Made by a program: the position numbers and the translations under genes. Below are positions 56,787 to 64,000 of a stretch of 64,000 bases of DNA, piece by piece. The notes beneath the pieces are model-generated. The model had not been told where the DNA came from. It was given only the letters and a program-made list of their open reading frames with translations, and made no database searches. This DNA comes from a virus: the IMG/VR virus record IMGVR_UViG_3300030616_000016, positions 70,561 through 134,560 of that record, one strand, 5' to 3'. Position 1 is the stretch's first letter; every line of letters starts with the position of its first letter.

Positions 56787-57083
56787 CTAACTATCAATCG
56801 TAAAATCTATTGGATGGTGTATAGTATCGCCTCCTGGTTGTACTTTTGTGTCTTCTCTACTTTGTTGGTCTGTAAATTCGACATTGACCCATTTAAGAAA
56901 ACGCATTGGCTCATATGTAAAATCACTAAATGACATTAACTCCTGTGCCTCTTGAACTACTGTTACTCGTTCCAGCCATCGTGTTTCTTTAATGTTATTC
57001 TTACATATGGTTACTGGCAATAATGCAAACCATGATTTTACACGTCTATTGCCTTCTTTCATTTCTTTCTTTTGGAATCTCAC
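56787..57083 (-). CDS. Hypothetical protein, paralog of 51694-51972
   Basis: SWFALLPVT...ETRWLERV blocks. Confidence 0.45.
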   Translation of the reverse strand: MRFQKKEMKEGNRRVKSWFALLPVTICKNNIKETRWLERVTVVQEAQELMSFSDFTYEPMRFLKWVNVEFTDQQSREDTKVQPGGDTIHHPIDFTIDS

Positions 57084-57085
57084 GC

Positions 57086-57439
57086 TTAATCTCCTCTCAT
57101 TTCCTCAAGTAGGATATTCAGTGCTTCCCTAGCACGGTCTGTAAGCCATTGTTGGTCACATGACATACGTAATAATGTGCATTTCATCGGCTTTTCTTCG
57201 CTATACATCCATTCAATAAGCTCCTCTGCTTGCTCCCTGTCTGCAACCTCGACAGTCAGGTAAACAATTTTCTTTCTTGTAAGCATATCTACTATGCCGT
57301 TAAAAGTTTTCTCTGCTTGTTCAGGGTTCATCTGTATCACCGCCTTTCTTTGCCATAATCGATCTCCTATAGCGTTAATATAACAACTGTAGCGTATCCC
57401 CTTACATCTCCTTTCAATATACGATACCGTTAATGTCAA
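57086..57439 (-). CDS. Hypothetical protein
   Basis: ORF of 117 aa. Confidence 0.45.
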   Translation of the reverse strand: MTLTVSYIERRCKGIRYSCYINAIGDRLWQRKAVIQMNPEQAEKTFNGIVDMLTRKKIVYLTVEVADREQAEELIEWMYSEEKPMKCTLLRMSCDQQWLTDRAREALNILLEEMRGD

Positions 57440-57644
57440 ATTCTTCTATCTTATTTTCTACAGGCCCGATTTTATTACCTAATATGATTCCAGCTGCAAA
57501 ACATTTTGCACATATAATACCTACATCCAAGTTACCTTGTGATCCATGTAGCTTGGAATAATTACTTTGATTTATTTCATGATGTGTTATTGTTAATCTT
57601 GATTTGCCTTCAGTTCTAACTAAATAAACATATGTTTTATTCAT
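57414..57644 (-). CDS. Small hypothetical protein
   Basis: ORF of 76 aa. Confidence 0.3.
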   Translation of the reverse strand: MNKTYVYLVRTEGKSRLTITHHEINQSNYSKLHGSQGNLDVGIICAKCFAAGIILGNKIGPVENKIEEFDINGIVY

Positions 57645-57669
57645 TGCTTATTCCTTTCATATTTTGGCA

Positions 57670-58047
57670 TTACAAAAGCATTGCGATTTCTTGAATAATA
57701 AATAGTTTGGGAGCAACGCATATTTTAACTAAGCATATTGTATTACAAATTATAAATGGTATAGAAACCAATCCGCAAGTAATTCCTGCTACCCAATAAA
57801 ACACTTCTTTATTATCGCAAGAATCAAACTCCTTGGTAATCAAGCAGTAAAAACAATAAATAGCTGTTGTCAATAATATAATGCCTGCTGTAACTCCAAT
57901 TATAGACAACCAGAAATTATACCTTAGGAGCTGATTGACTATATCTGGAGCCTGAGAAATAGCAAAATCCTTGGTTTTGACTATTGATTCCAGAATTTCC
58001 TTGACTAACGACATTGATTCTTTCTCCATATTAAATTTCCTTTCCAA
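57670..58047 (-). CDS. Membrane protein (2-3 TM)
   Basis: Hydrophobic segments WLSIIGVTAGIILLTTAIYCFYCL and WVAGITCGLVSIPFIICNTICL. Confidence 0.45.
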   Translation of the reverse strand: MERKFNMEKESMSLVKEILESIVKTKDFAISQAPDIVNQLLRYNFWLSIIGVTAGIILLTTAIYCFYCLITKEFDSCDNKEVFYWVAGITCGLVSIPFIICNTICLVKICVAPKLFIIQEIAMLL

Positions 58048-58073
58048 TAAGGGTTAAATTGGCCTAATTCTTT

Positions 58074-58403
58074 TCACGATTGTTCACTTCCGCAGTTTGT
58101 GCATGTAGTACCACTAAGATTTGTATAGCCACAATATTTACAACTGGCTGTTTCTACAACACTACTGTATGTCCAATAGTATCCTCCTGCAGATATGCAT
58201 ACCAATAAGTATTCGTCTATCTTTGATGCACTTGTTTTTATAGTATCAATTATAAATGGAATGTTAAGCGGCGGCTGCATGGTCTCAGATAAGGAGTAAT
58301 GGTCGTGCTGTGTTCCAAAACTTGGATATTCATTAGGTGTATGCCTTCTAATAACACACTTGGTTTTATTCTCCTTGGCTATTTGAAGCTCTTGAATTGT
58401 CAT
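58074..58403 (-). CDS. Zn-ribbon-tailed family member
   Basis: MTIQELQIAKEN..., C-terminus CKYCGYTNLSGTTCTNCGSEQS. Confidence 0.55.
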   Translation of the reverse strand: MTIQELQIAKENKTKCVIRRHTPNEYPSFGTQHDHYSLSETMQPPLNIPFIIDTIKTSASKIDEYLLVCISAGGYYWTYSSVVETASCKYCGYTNLSGTTCTNCGSEQS

Positions 58404-58476
58404 TTGATATTATCCTAACCATGGTAATATTCTTCAAGTTCTTCTACGAACTCATGCAATTCTTTAAAGACTGTTT

Positions 58477-58740
58477 CTACGCATTTGAGACTATGCCATC
58501 CGGCTTCTTTCCACTTTTGCAATTTCCTCTGTTGTAATATCCACTGTTGTTTTTCTCATCTACAGCCACTTTAATATCCTCCTTTGACAGATTTTTAACA
58601 AGTTTTATTTTATTTGTACACGCCTTATCCGAACATACTATACGGTCATTGTCAAATCCACATCCGTACACTGGCAACATGATTTCACCACAAATATCAC
58701 ACTTGATCTGCACCTCAATAGCCCTTATAAATTGGTTCAT
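58477..58740 (-). CDS. Small zinc-finger protein
   Basis: CDICGEIM...CSDKACTNK. The start overlaps the upstream stop (ATGA) inside a conserved junction. Confidence 0.4.
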   Translation of the reverse strand: MNQFIRAIEVQIKCDICGEIMLPVYGCGFDNDRIVCSDKACTNKIKLVKNLSKEDIKVAVDEKNNSGYYNRGNCKSGKKPDGIVSNA

Positions 58741-59105
58741 TGTTCACCGTCCTTCAATAATTCCGGGTTCTCGTGGATGTTGCCGATAATTTTGCCACTT
58801 GTGGCACCATAAAAAATTTGCCCGTCTTCGGTTTCAATATAAAAAGTTCCTCCCATCCATTTAACTACACCAATGAGGACGATTTCGAGATCGTATTTTA
58901 TAATATCACCTTGATAAACATCTTTGTCATCCCTGTCTTTAATATCGGTGAAGAACTCAGCAATACAGCCCTTTGCCAGCCTCTGAAAATAAGTGTGTCT
59001 AAGGTCAGCAACACAAAGCTCGCCGTTTGGGTTGAGGTAATATTCATCTTCGTCATGGTCATACTTGCCTTCGTTTTCATTCCATACCCTGAATTTACCA
59101 GTCAT
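58737..59105 (-). CDS. YopX-like protein
   Basis: C-terminal GNIHENPELLKDGEQ matches the YopX-family GNI(Y/H)ENPELL ending. Confidence 0.55.
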   Translation of the reverse strand: MTGKFRVWNENEGKYDHDEDEYYLNPNGELCVADLRHTYFQRLAKGCIAEFFTDIKDRDDKDVYQGDIIKYDLEIVLIGVVKWMGGTFYIETEDGQIFYGATSGKIIGNIHENPELLKDGEQ

Positions 59106-59153
59106 TGTTCTCCGTCCTCCTGTTCTGGTTCTGGTTCCGGTCCACCGTCTGGA

Positions 59154-59615
59154 CTATTGCTCTGATCCCACCACCTCAAACCACCGACACCGATATTTAT
59201 TTCCAGCTTGATGAATTTCAGATAATTTAGTTCGTACTTTAATAATCTCTACCTTATTGACACTGTATTCTTTCGCATGTCGCAAAGTGGGCCATAAATA
59301 TAAGCCGGGATGACATTCTGTGGTGCATACTGAGAAAAAATCAGCCGAGTAAAACCGACCATCTCTATATTTATCAATATGCCCAGCTTCCCGAGTTCGA
59401 TAACCAATAGCATAACCTTCGTCAATTTCGGGCCAGTCCGTTGGCGTGTTTAATGTCGCGTTCGGATCTAAAACGGTGTTCGACAAATTGGCTCCGGACA
59501 GATTAGCTCCGGACAGGTTGGCTCTGTACAGATTAGCTCCGGACAAATAGGCTCCGGACAAAGATGTCCCTTCGATCTCTTTTAACAATATTCCATCTTT
59601 ATTTTTGATTTTCAT
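59154..59615 (-). CDS. Pentapeptide-repeat protein with C-terminal globular domain
   Basis: LSGAYLSGANLYRANLSGANLSGANLSNTVL (A-[ND]-L-x-x repeats). The DNA shows 15-bp tandem GCTCCGGACAGATTA-like repeats at 59460-59570. Confidence 0.7.
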   Translation of the reverse strand: MKIKNKDGILLKEIEGTSLSGAYLSGANLYRANLSGANLSGANLSNTVLDPNATLNTPTDWPEIDEGYAIGYRTREAGHIDKYRDGRFYSADFFSVCTTECHPGLYLWPTLRHAKEYSVNKVEIIKVRTKLSEIHQAGNKYRCRWFEVVGSEQ

Positions 59616-59835
59616 TTTTTATCTCCATCAGCCACTGCCTTTCCCGATAATAATCGTCCCATCTTTCCTTCCAATACGCATCGTTCTCTTTCCTGCAATC
59701 CGGGCAGAGTGTAACCCAATTTTTCTCTTCATCAGTAAAAAGCGTGTTCTGTCTATATCTTTCAGCGTCATTTGCACCGCACGCTTGACATTTATTCTCT
59801 TTTTTAATATCCTTTAACTGAGATTCTGTTTTCAT
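59599..59835 (-). CDS. Small zinc-finger protein
   Basis: CQACGANDAERY...CPDCRKEN. Confidence 0.4.
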   Translation of the reverse strand: MKTESQLKDIKKENKCQACGANDAERYRQNTLFTDEEKNWVTLCPDCRKENDAYWKERWDDYYRERQWLMEIKNENQK

Positions 59836-60335
59836 TGTTCACCGTCCTTCCAGACGATGCCGACGATTTTGGCACGCTTAATTTTTTTGTAATCTAAATG
59901 GTATAACGAATTGTACCAGCCGCCGCTGTTTGCCCCAAACCAGCCATGAGTAGTGCTTATTATATAATTATCAGGACGGCCCGGTTCCACCTGTAGCAGG
60001 CCGAGGCATTGGTTGAGATCCATGAGTTTGGATTCTGTTTTTAAAAGACCGTATATTTTATATAGTCTTTTAGTTCCAAATCTTTCTTTGTGACGTTTTT
60101 TCTCCGGCTCAATTAATCTGTACCCCTCTGGCAACTGGTAAATAGGCTTCTCTGGCTCTAGCTCTTTGAGTTCCAAGCCGATTTCTTCTGGGTCGGTGTA
60201 TCCCATTGGGCTGTTATAACCACAACAACATACTATATAGTTTGACATTGTACTTAGTGTAAGTTTATGGCCAAGCGAGGTTGCTGCTTTGTTTATCACA
60301 TTCTCATACGGACATTTATAATCTTCAATCTTCAT
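59832..60335 (-). CDS. Hypothetical protein ending KDGEQ
   Basis: 167 aa. Shares its C-terminal KDGEQ-stop junction with the YopX-like gene. Confidence 0.5.
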   Translation of the reverse strand: MKIEDYKCPYENVINKAATSLGHKLTLSTMSNYIVCCCGYNSPMGYTDPEEIGLELKELEPEKPIYQLPEGYRLIEPEKKRHKERFGTKRLYKIYGLLKTESKLMDLNQCLGLLQVEPGRPDNYIISTTHGWFGANSGGWYNSLYHLDYKKIKRAKIVGIVWKDGEQ

Positions 60336-60634
60336 TCACCATCCTCCTGTGGTTTGATAGTTATTTTGCCATCTAAACAAAAGTGTTTGCAGTTTTTTCT
60401 TCTACCTTTTATTGATTTACATAGTATATTTTTATATGCGTAGCAAACTGCAAAATAAGAAATATTCCACGCTGAAATACCCCATGCTGAAATGTCCCAT
60501 GCTGAAATATTCTCTGCTGAAATATTTCTTGCTGAAATATCCCCTGCTGAAATACTAAAACTAATATCAATGTCACAGCATATGCACACATCATCATCAA
60601 TAACAGCAGTATTAGTTTTATCAACGTATTTCAA
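60332..60634 (-). CDS. Repeat protein (tandem ISAxx pentapeptides); start codon uncertain (TTG)
   Basis: DISARNISAENISAWDISAWGISAWNIS, encoded by 15-bp tandem repeats GCTGAAATATYYC at 60470-60560. Confidence 0.4.
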   Translation of the reverse strand: MKYVDKTNTAVIDDDVCICCDIDISFSISAGDISARNISAENISAWDISAWGISAWNISYFAVCYAYKNILCKSIKGRRKNCKHFCLDGKITIKPQEDGE

Positions 60635-60681
60635 TAACTCTTCCTGTTTTTTATTATAATCATTCTCCGTCCTCCTCTGGT

Positions 60682-61008
60682 TCAGTCAATAACGTTTCGT
60701 ATTTCATTTTCAAATGGATCGACCTCACGTACAATTCCGATTTTATATTTGCCGGGCGATAGTGTTACTGGTCCATGCTCCTGATGCATAACGATTGCCT
60801 CTTTATCAACATAGCAATAGTGTTCGCCAGTGGCATCTTCCATTAGCATAACTCCGTCTGCAACACACGAATGATGGTGCCCTGTGACTTTTCCTTCAGC
60901 AAAAGTAACAAGTCCTTTTCGTGTGTTTTTTACCGGCTTTAAATTCGCAGGTATGCTATCAACTTCCTTAAACAGTACATCTCCCTGCTGTATTAAACGT
61001 TTCTCCAT
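60682..61008 (-). CDS. Hypothetical protein (His-rich segment HHHSCVADGV)
   Basis: 108 aa. A deleted copy of this gene recurs at 63840-63918. Confidence 0.5.
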   Translation of the reverse strand: MEKRLIQQGDVLFKEVDSIPANLKPVKNTRKGLVTFAEGKVTGHHHSCVADGVMLMEDATGEHYCYVDKEAIVMHQEHGPVTLSPGKYKIGIVREVDPFENEIRNVID

Positions 61009-61019
61009 TATTTAAACTC

Positions 61020-62240
61020 CTATGTCAATTGTTCTGGAATAAGCTCGCTTTGATTTCTCCAATTTAGAGCTTGTTCCACTGTTTTGATATTTTGTGGTAC
61101 GCATTCCATGTGCCATGTACCAATGCTTGGATTTAGCATTTTAAGATAAGGCCATTTGCCGGTCTCACCCTTCAGATCTACTACAACCAATTCATAATCT
61201 CCTTGCGTGTCCAGTGATTCAGCGCCCGTAGATTTGACAATTCGTTCTATACCTACCTTTCTTATAAACTCCCTACGGACTTCTGCATTATCAAGTTCTG
61301 CGAATTTAGCAGGGTCAATGTCATGCTCATTCGTTTCTGCTAACCACTGCGGAACTCGTACATTATTCAAATGCCACAGTCCCCAACCGTCCGCAAATTT
61401 TACAGACATTCCTCCATCTTTATGCAGATGACTGGCTTTCCAGTTTATTTCGATTGGATTCCGACTTACAATAGCAACATTTTTATACAGTGCGCTTGAG
61501 GATATTTTTCTGTTGTAATTTAGAAATATATCATATTTTTCTTTCTCATATTTAACGCCTATATATTTCCCAAACTCGTAAACTCCGCACCAATCATTCC
61601 ACCATATGTTTATATACTGCTCGGTTTTTAATTTGTTGGCACTAAGCCTGTCACGAAGGCTGTCACGAAGGCTGTCACGAAGGCTGGCATCAAGACTGTT
61701 ACGAAGACCGGCACTAAGACTATCATAAAAACTATTATGAAGACTGTCATAAAGACTGTTACGAATATTGTCATGAAGGCTGTTACGAAGACTTTTATGA
61801 AGACTGGCATAAAGACTGTCATAAAGACTGGCATAAAGTTTGTCATAAAGATTGTCATGGAGACTGTTACGAAGACTTTTACGAAGACTTTTACGAAGAC
61901 TGGCATCAAGACTGTAATAAAGACTGTCATAAAGACTGGTATAAAGTTTGTCATAAAGATTGTCATGGAGACTGTTACGAAGACTTTTATGAAGATTGTC
62001 ATGAAGATTGTTATGAAGATTGTCACTAAGCAAATGTTCTGTTAGTGCTGTTGTTAATGGGCTATCACAGATTATAATTTTAATGGCATTATCTGCACCA
62101 GTCATTTTTACAATAGGCAATACTGCGTGTTTAATTTCTTCATCACTGTATTGCGCCGATATGAGGTTTAAACAGCGATTTATATGTCTTGGTATCATTT
62201 TTTCTTGTTCTTTTGTTAAACTCATAATTTCCTCTTTCAT
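61020..62240 (-). CDS. Repeat protein: ~35 tandem xSLx tetrapeptides (12-bp DNA period) plus conserved ~220-aa C-terminal domain
   Basis: SLRNSLHDNLYDKLYTSLYDSLYYSLDASLRKSLRKSL... The DNA at 61620-62030 is tandem 12-mers (GACTGTCACGAAGGCTGTCACGAAGG...). A paralogous C-terminus restarts at 63926. Confidence 0.6.
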   Translation of the reverse strand: MKEEIMSLTKEQEKMIPRHINRCLNLISAQYSDEEIKHAVLPIVKMTGADNAIKIIICDSPLTTALTEHLLSDNLHNNLHDNLHKSLRNSLHDNLYDKLYTSLYDSLYYSLDASLRKSLRKSLRNSLHDNLYDKLYASLYDSLYASLHKSLRNSLHDNIRNSLYDSLHNSFYDSLSAGLRNSLDASLRDSLRDSLRDRLSANKLKTEQYINIWWNDWCGVYEFGKYIGVKYEKEKYDIFLNYNRKISSSALYKNVAIVSRNPIEINWKASHLHKDGGMSVKFADGWGLWHLNNVRVPQWLAETNEHDIDPAKFAELDNAEVRREFIRKVGIERIVKSTGAESLDTQGDYELVVVDLKGETGKWPYLKMLNPSIGTWHMECVPQNIKTVEQALNWRNQSELIPEQLT

Positions 62241-62512
62241 TCTGCGTCCTCCTGTTCTGGTTCTGGTCTTGTTACTTTAAATCCCATGTTTTCAACTTCA
62301 TCCAAAGTATAAGCATCCTTCCGTGGTTCTTTATATTTTCTGCTTAATTCTATCCATTTATTACAACTTGGACAACGGCTATACATGTTCCTGATTTCTG
62401 TAGGGTCAACCTTATTCAGCATGCACTCTCCATCTTTGCTTTGAAATGAATCAACAGTGGTTCCACAAAAAGGGCAATACATTTCAAAGTTTACATAGTC
62501 ATACATTCCCAT
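62237..62512 (-). CDS. Small zinc-ribbon protein
   Basis: CPFCGTTVDSF...CPSCNKW. C-terminus PEPEQEDAE overlaps the conserved junction sequence. Confidence 0.45.
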   Translation of the reverse strand: MGMYDYVNFEMYCPFCGTTVDSFQSKDGECMLNKVDPTEIRNMYSRCPSCNKWIELSRKYKEPRKDAYTLDEVENMGFKVTRPEPEQEDAE

Positions 62513-62730
62513 TCTACGTCCTCCTCAATTATTTTTTGAAGACTTTTGAAATCTGACTTTAAGTCAAAAATTGCTTTTATCATCCATCCTATCGATGTTA
62601 GTATAAATGTGATAAAGCAATAGAAAACTATATCCATTTGGTATTCTCCTGTATGTGTATCCGGCCATTTATTAGGCCAAAATGGCCTGATTGATAATTA
62701 AGTTTGTTCGATAGGCGCCGCTTAACCGCT

Positions 62731-62781
62731 TATCAAGGTGCATTCGTAAGACCCCTGGCTTTAGGCGTGGGGTAATGTCAC
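62731..62781 (+). mobile_element. 51-bp minimal derivative of the IS200/IS605 element (left-end 5' arm fused to right-end 3' arm)
   Basis: TATCAAGGTGCATTCGTAAGACCCCTGGCTTTAGGCGTGGGGTAATGTCAC. The junction lies in the CTTTAG shared by both hairpin loops. It supplies the last 7 codons and stop of ORF 62761-63024. Confidence 0.7.
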
Positions 62782-63024
62782 TTCTAAATCTAGTTCATAT
62801 TTAATTGTTTTTACTAGATCATTAATTAATTCTGGACGTGTAGCCATAGTTTCTACATTCCAATTTCTGTTGATGTATTGTGGTTTACATCTTAAATTAA
62901 AATTTCCTCCAATATCAGAGATAGATTCAATTATAGCTTTGATTCTTTCAGGAGTTAAACCAGCATTATGATAGTCTTCAAAACTCAAATGGATTATTGT
63001 TGTTGTATAATAATTAAGTTTCAT
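62761..63024 (-). CDS. Hypothetical protein, C-terminus provided by the mini-IS
   Basis: Ends EVTLPHA-stop, encoded by GTGACATTACCCCACGCCTAA of the element. Confidence 0.4.
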   Translation of the reverse strand: MKLNYYTTTIIHLSFEDYHNAGLTPERIKAIIESISDIGGNFNLRCKPQYINRNWNVETMATRPELINDLVKTIKYELDLEVTLPHA

Positions 63025-63274
63025 TGTTCAATTCCTTTAGTTTAGCTTTCCATTGTTTTTCTGAATACCATTTGCCATCGAGACACCAAGCCTTATCTCC
63101 ACTAGCCCACTCAATTGAAGGTCCATCTTCTCTGTGATATTTGTCATTAATACACCAATACTTACTTCCATTGAAACCCTCAATTGCTGGAGCACCTTTT
63201 CGATGTAAGATTTTGTTTTTATCATAATGATCAAGAATGCTACCATCTTTATAATAGAATTTACTTCTTCTCAC
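63014..63274 (-). CDS. Repeat-containing small protein (two HR(K/E)(D/G)GP(A/S)IE...KYWC(I/L)-like repeats)
   Basis: HRKGAPAIEGFNGSKYWCINDKYHREDGPSIEWASGDKAWCLDGKW. Confidence 0.4.
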   Translation of the reverse strand: MRRSKFYYKDGSILDHYDKNKILHRKGAPAIEGFNGSKYWCINDKYHREDGPSIEWASGDKAWCLDGKWYSEKQWKAKLKELNNET

Positions 63275-63318
63275 GTTTAGCCCTTTCTCTTATTAAATAA
63301 TTAATCTATTTTCAATAT

Positions 63319-63792
63319 TTAAGTGGTTTGTAACTCGGCAATAAGTAATGTGTTTCGTAAGATACTGCGCACGCTCTCAAAACTAAGATACAAATCGCTG
63401 TAGCAATCATTACATGACTCATATGGATAGTTATTGTATATATTATCACTCCCACAAAATGGACATGTTAATTTATATAAACTATCAGATACACATTTGT
63501 TAATATTGAATGTGAATAATTTTAATGTTAGTGCGTTGCCTTCATCGAGCGGGACTTTGAACAATAAACTATAGGTACATATATTGTCACTCCCCTTTTT
63601 TCCTATACTTTCTAGATAAAGCGGCAATTTTCTTTGTTGGCCTATGTTAAGTTCTTGAGATACAACAGTCTCCTCCTCATCTGTCATATGGAACCTATAG
63701 TTAGTCGTTTGAGTCTCGTTAAGTGTATATGGGTTAGCAATATAAATAAGCGGCCATTTCTCTTTCATAGCCTTAAGTAAGTTCAATTCCAT
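63319..63792 (-). CDS. Zn-ribbon-tailed family member
   Basis: MELNLLKAMKEK..., C-terminus CPFCGSDNIYNNYPYESCNDC. Confidence 0.5.
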   Translation of the reverse strand: MELNLLKAMKEKWPLIYIANPYTLNETQTTNYRFHMTDEEETVVSQELNIGQQRKLPLYLESIGKKGSDNICTYSLLFKVPLDEGNALTLKLFTFNINKCVSDSLYKLTCPFCGSDNIYNNYPYESCNDCYSDLYLSFESVRSILRNTLLIAELQTT

Positions 63793-63839
63793 ATTTGATT
63801 GCTCCTTCTTGCCATCAATGTTGTTTTATACATTGATTA

Positions 63840-63918
63840 TATTAGTCACGAACCATGTTAATTTCTTTTTTGAATGGATCTACTTCTCTTACAATGTCTA
63901 TCTTTTCTCCATTGTTTG
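63840..63918 (-). pseudogene. Internally deleted remnant of a 60682-61008 paralog
   Basis: Retains MEKR at the start and VDPF..stop at the end, in nucleotide homology to 60682-60740 and 60990-61010, with the core missing. Confidence 0.5.
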
Positions 63919-63925
63919 ACTCCTA

Positions 63926-64000
63926 TGTCAATTGTTCTGGAATAAGCTCGCTCCGATTTCTCCAATTTAGAGCTTGCCGCACTGTTTTGATATTTTGTGG
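63926..64000 (-). CDS. C-terminal end of a paralog of the xSLx-repeat protein (continues beyond the window)
   Basis: 63930-64000 is near-identical to 61017-61087 (CAATTGTTCTGGAATAAGCTCGCT...TTTGATATTTTGTGG). Confidence 0.55.

Noticed and set aside
59106-59156. Possible TAG read-through fusing the pentapeptide-repeat ORF to the YopX-like ORF, which are in the same frame and separated by one TAG
   Set aside because: All other genes in the window terminate cleanly, including at TAG, and the 48-nt gap contains the recurring SD-ATG junction cassette. There is no evidence for stop-codon recoding here.

Overview
This window reads as a densely packed, AT-rich (roughly 33% GC by eye) stretch of a large dsDNA phage or jumbo-phage-like genome. 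Only the first gene, a glycosyltransferase C-terminus, and a few pseudogene fragments are on the + strand; everything else is on the - strand. The lineage call rests on two recognisable multisubunit RNA-polymerase fragments (a beta-prime N-terminal catalytic-loop piece followed by a beta C-terminal piece), a RecA/UvsX recombinase, UvrD-type and DEAH-type helicases, an ATP-dependent DNA ligase, a family-4 uracil-DNA glycosylase, an HD hydrolase, a YopX-like protein and many small zinc-ribbon proteins.

The main things worth a second look are these:
1. A dispersed but co-directional ubiquitin-like conjugation toolkit. A ThiS/MoaD-like Ubl ends in GG-K and sits on a strikingly GC-rich ~300-bp island. 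It is followed by a protein with a UBC-like HPxV...G.PCL motif, then a JAMM/JAB protease, with an E1 (ThiF/MoeB) 4 kb upstream in the same transcription direction.
2. A TerY-P-like triad (vWA, then PP2C phosphatase, then Ser/Thr kinase) directly downstream of an SPFH/band-7 membrane protein.
3. Two large arrays (about 11 and 17 units) of a ~35-bp bipartite repeat (TGATTCATTC-N8-TGGTATTTC-N8) that flank a basic protein gene and a TnpB remnant. They could be an origin, a partition-site array or another protein-binding array.
4. A reverse transcriptase gene whose start overlaps the stop of the RecA-like gene.
5. An intact IS200/IS605-family TnpB-only element plus two miniature deletion derivatives (250 bp and 51 bp) that retain the hairpin ends. 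Separate TnpB C-terminal pseudogene fragments from other IS families are also present.
6. A multigene family of at least 11 small proteins sharing an MT(I/F/Y)xE(A/L) N-terminus and a C-terminal C(K/Q)(F/Y)CG...CxNCGC zinc ribbon around variable cores.
7. PncA-like and PncB-like NAD-salvage enzymes.
8. A module at 58.7-62.5 kb built from conserved gene-junction sequences (GGAGGACGGAGAACAATGA) and proteins with in-frame tandem coding repeats (pentapeptide repeat, ISAxx, xSLx).

All calls are made by eye from motifs; no database searches or folding were run.
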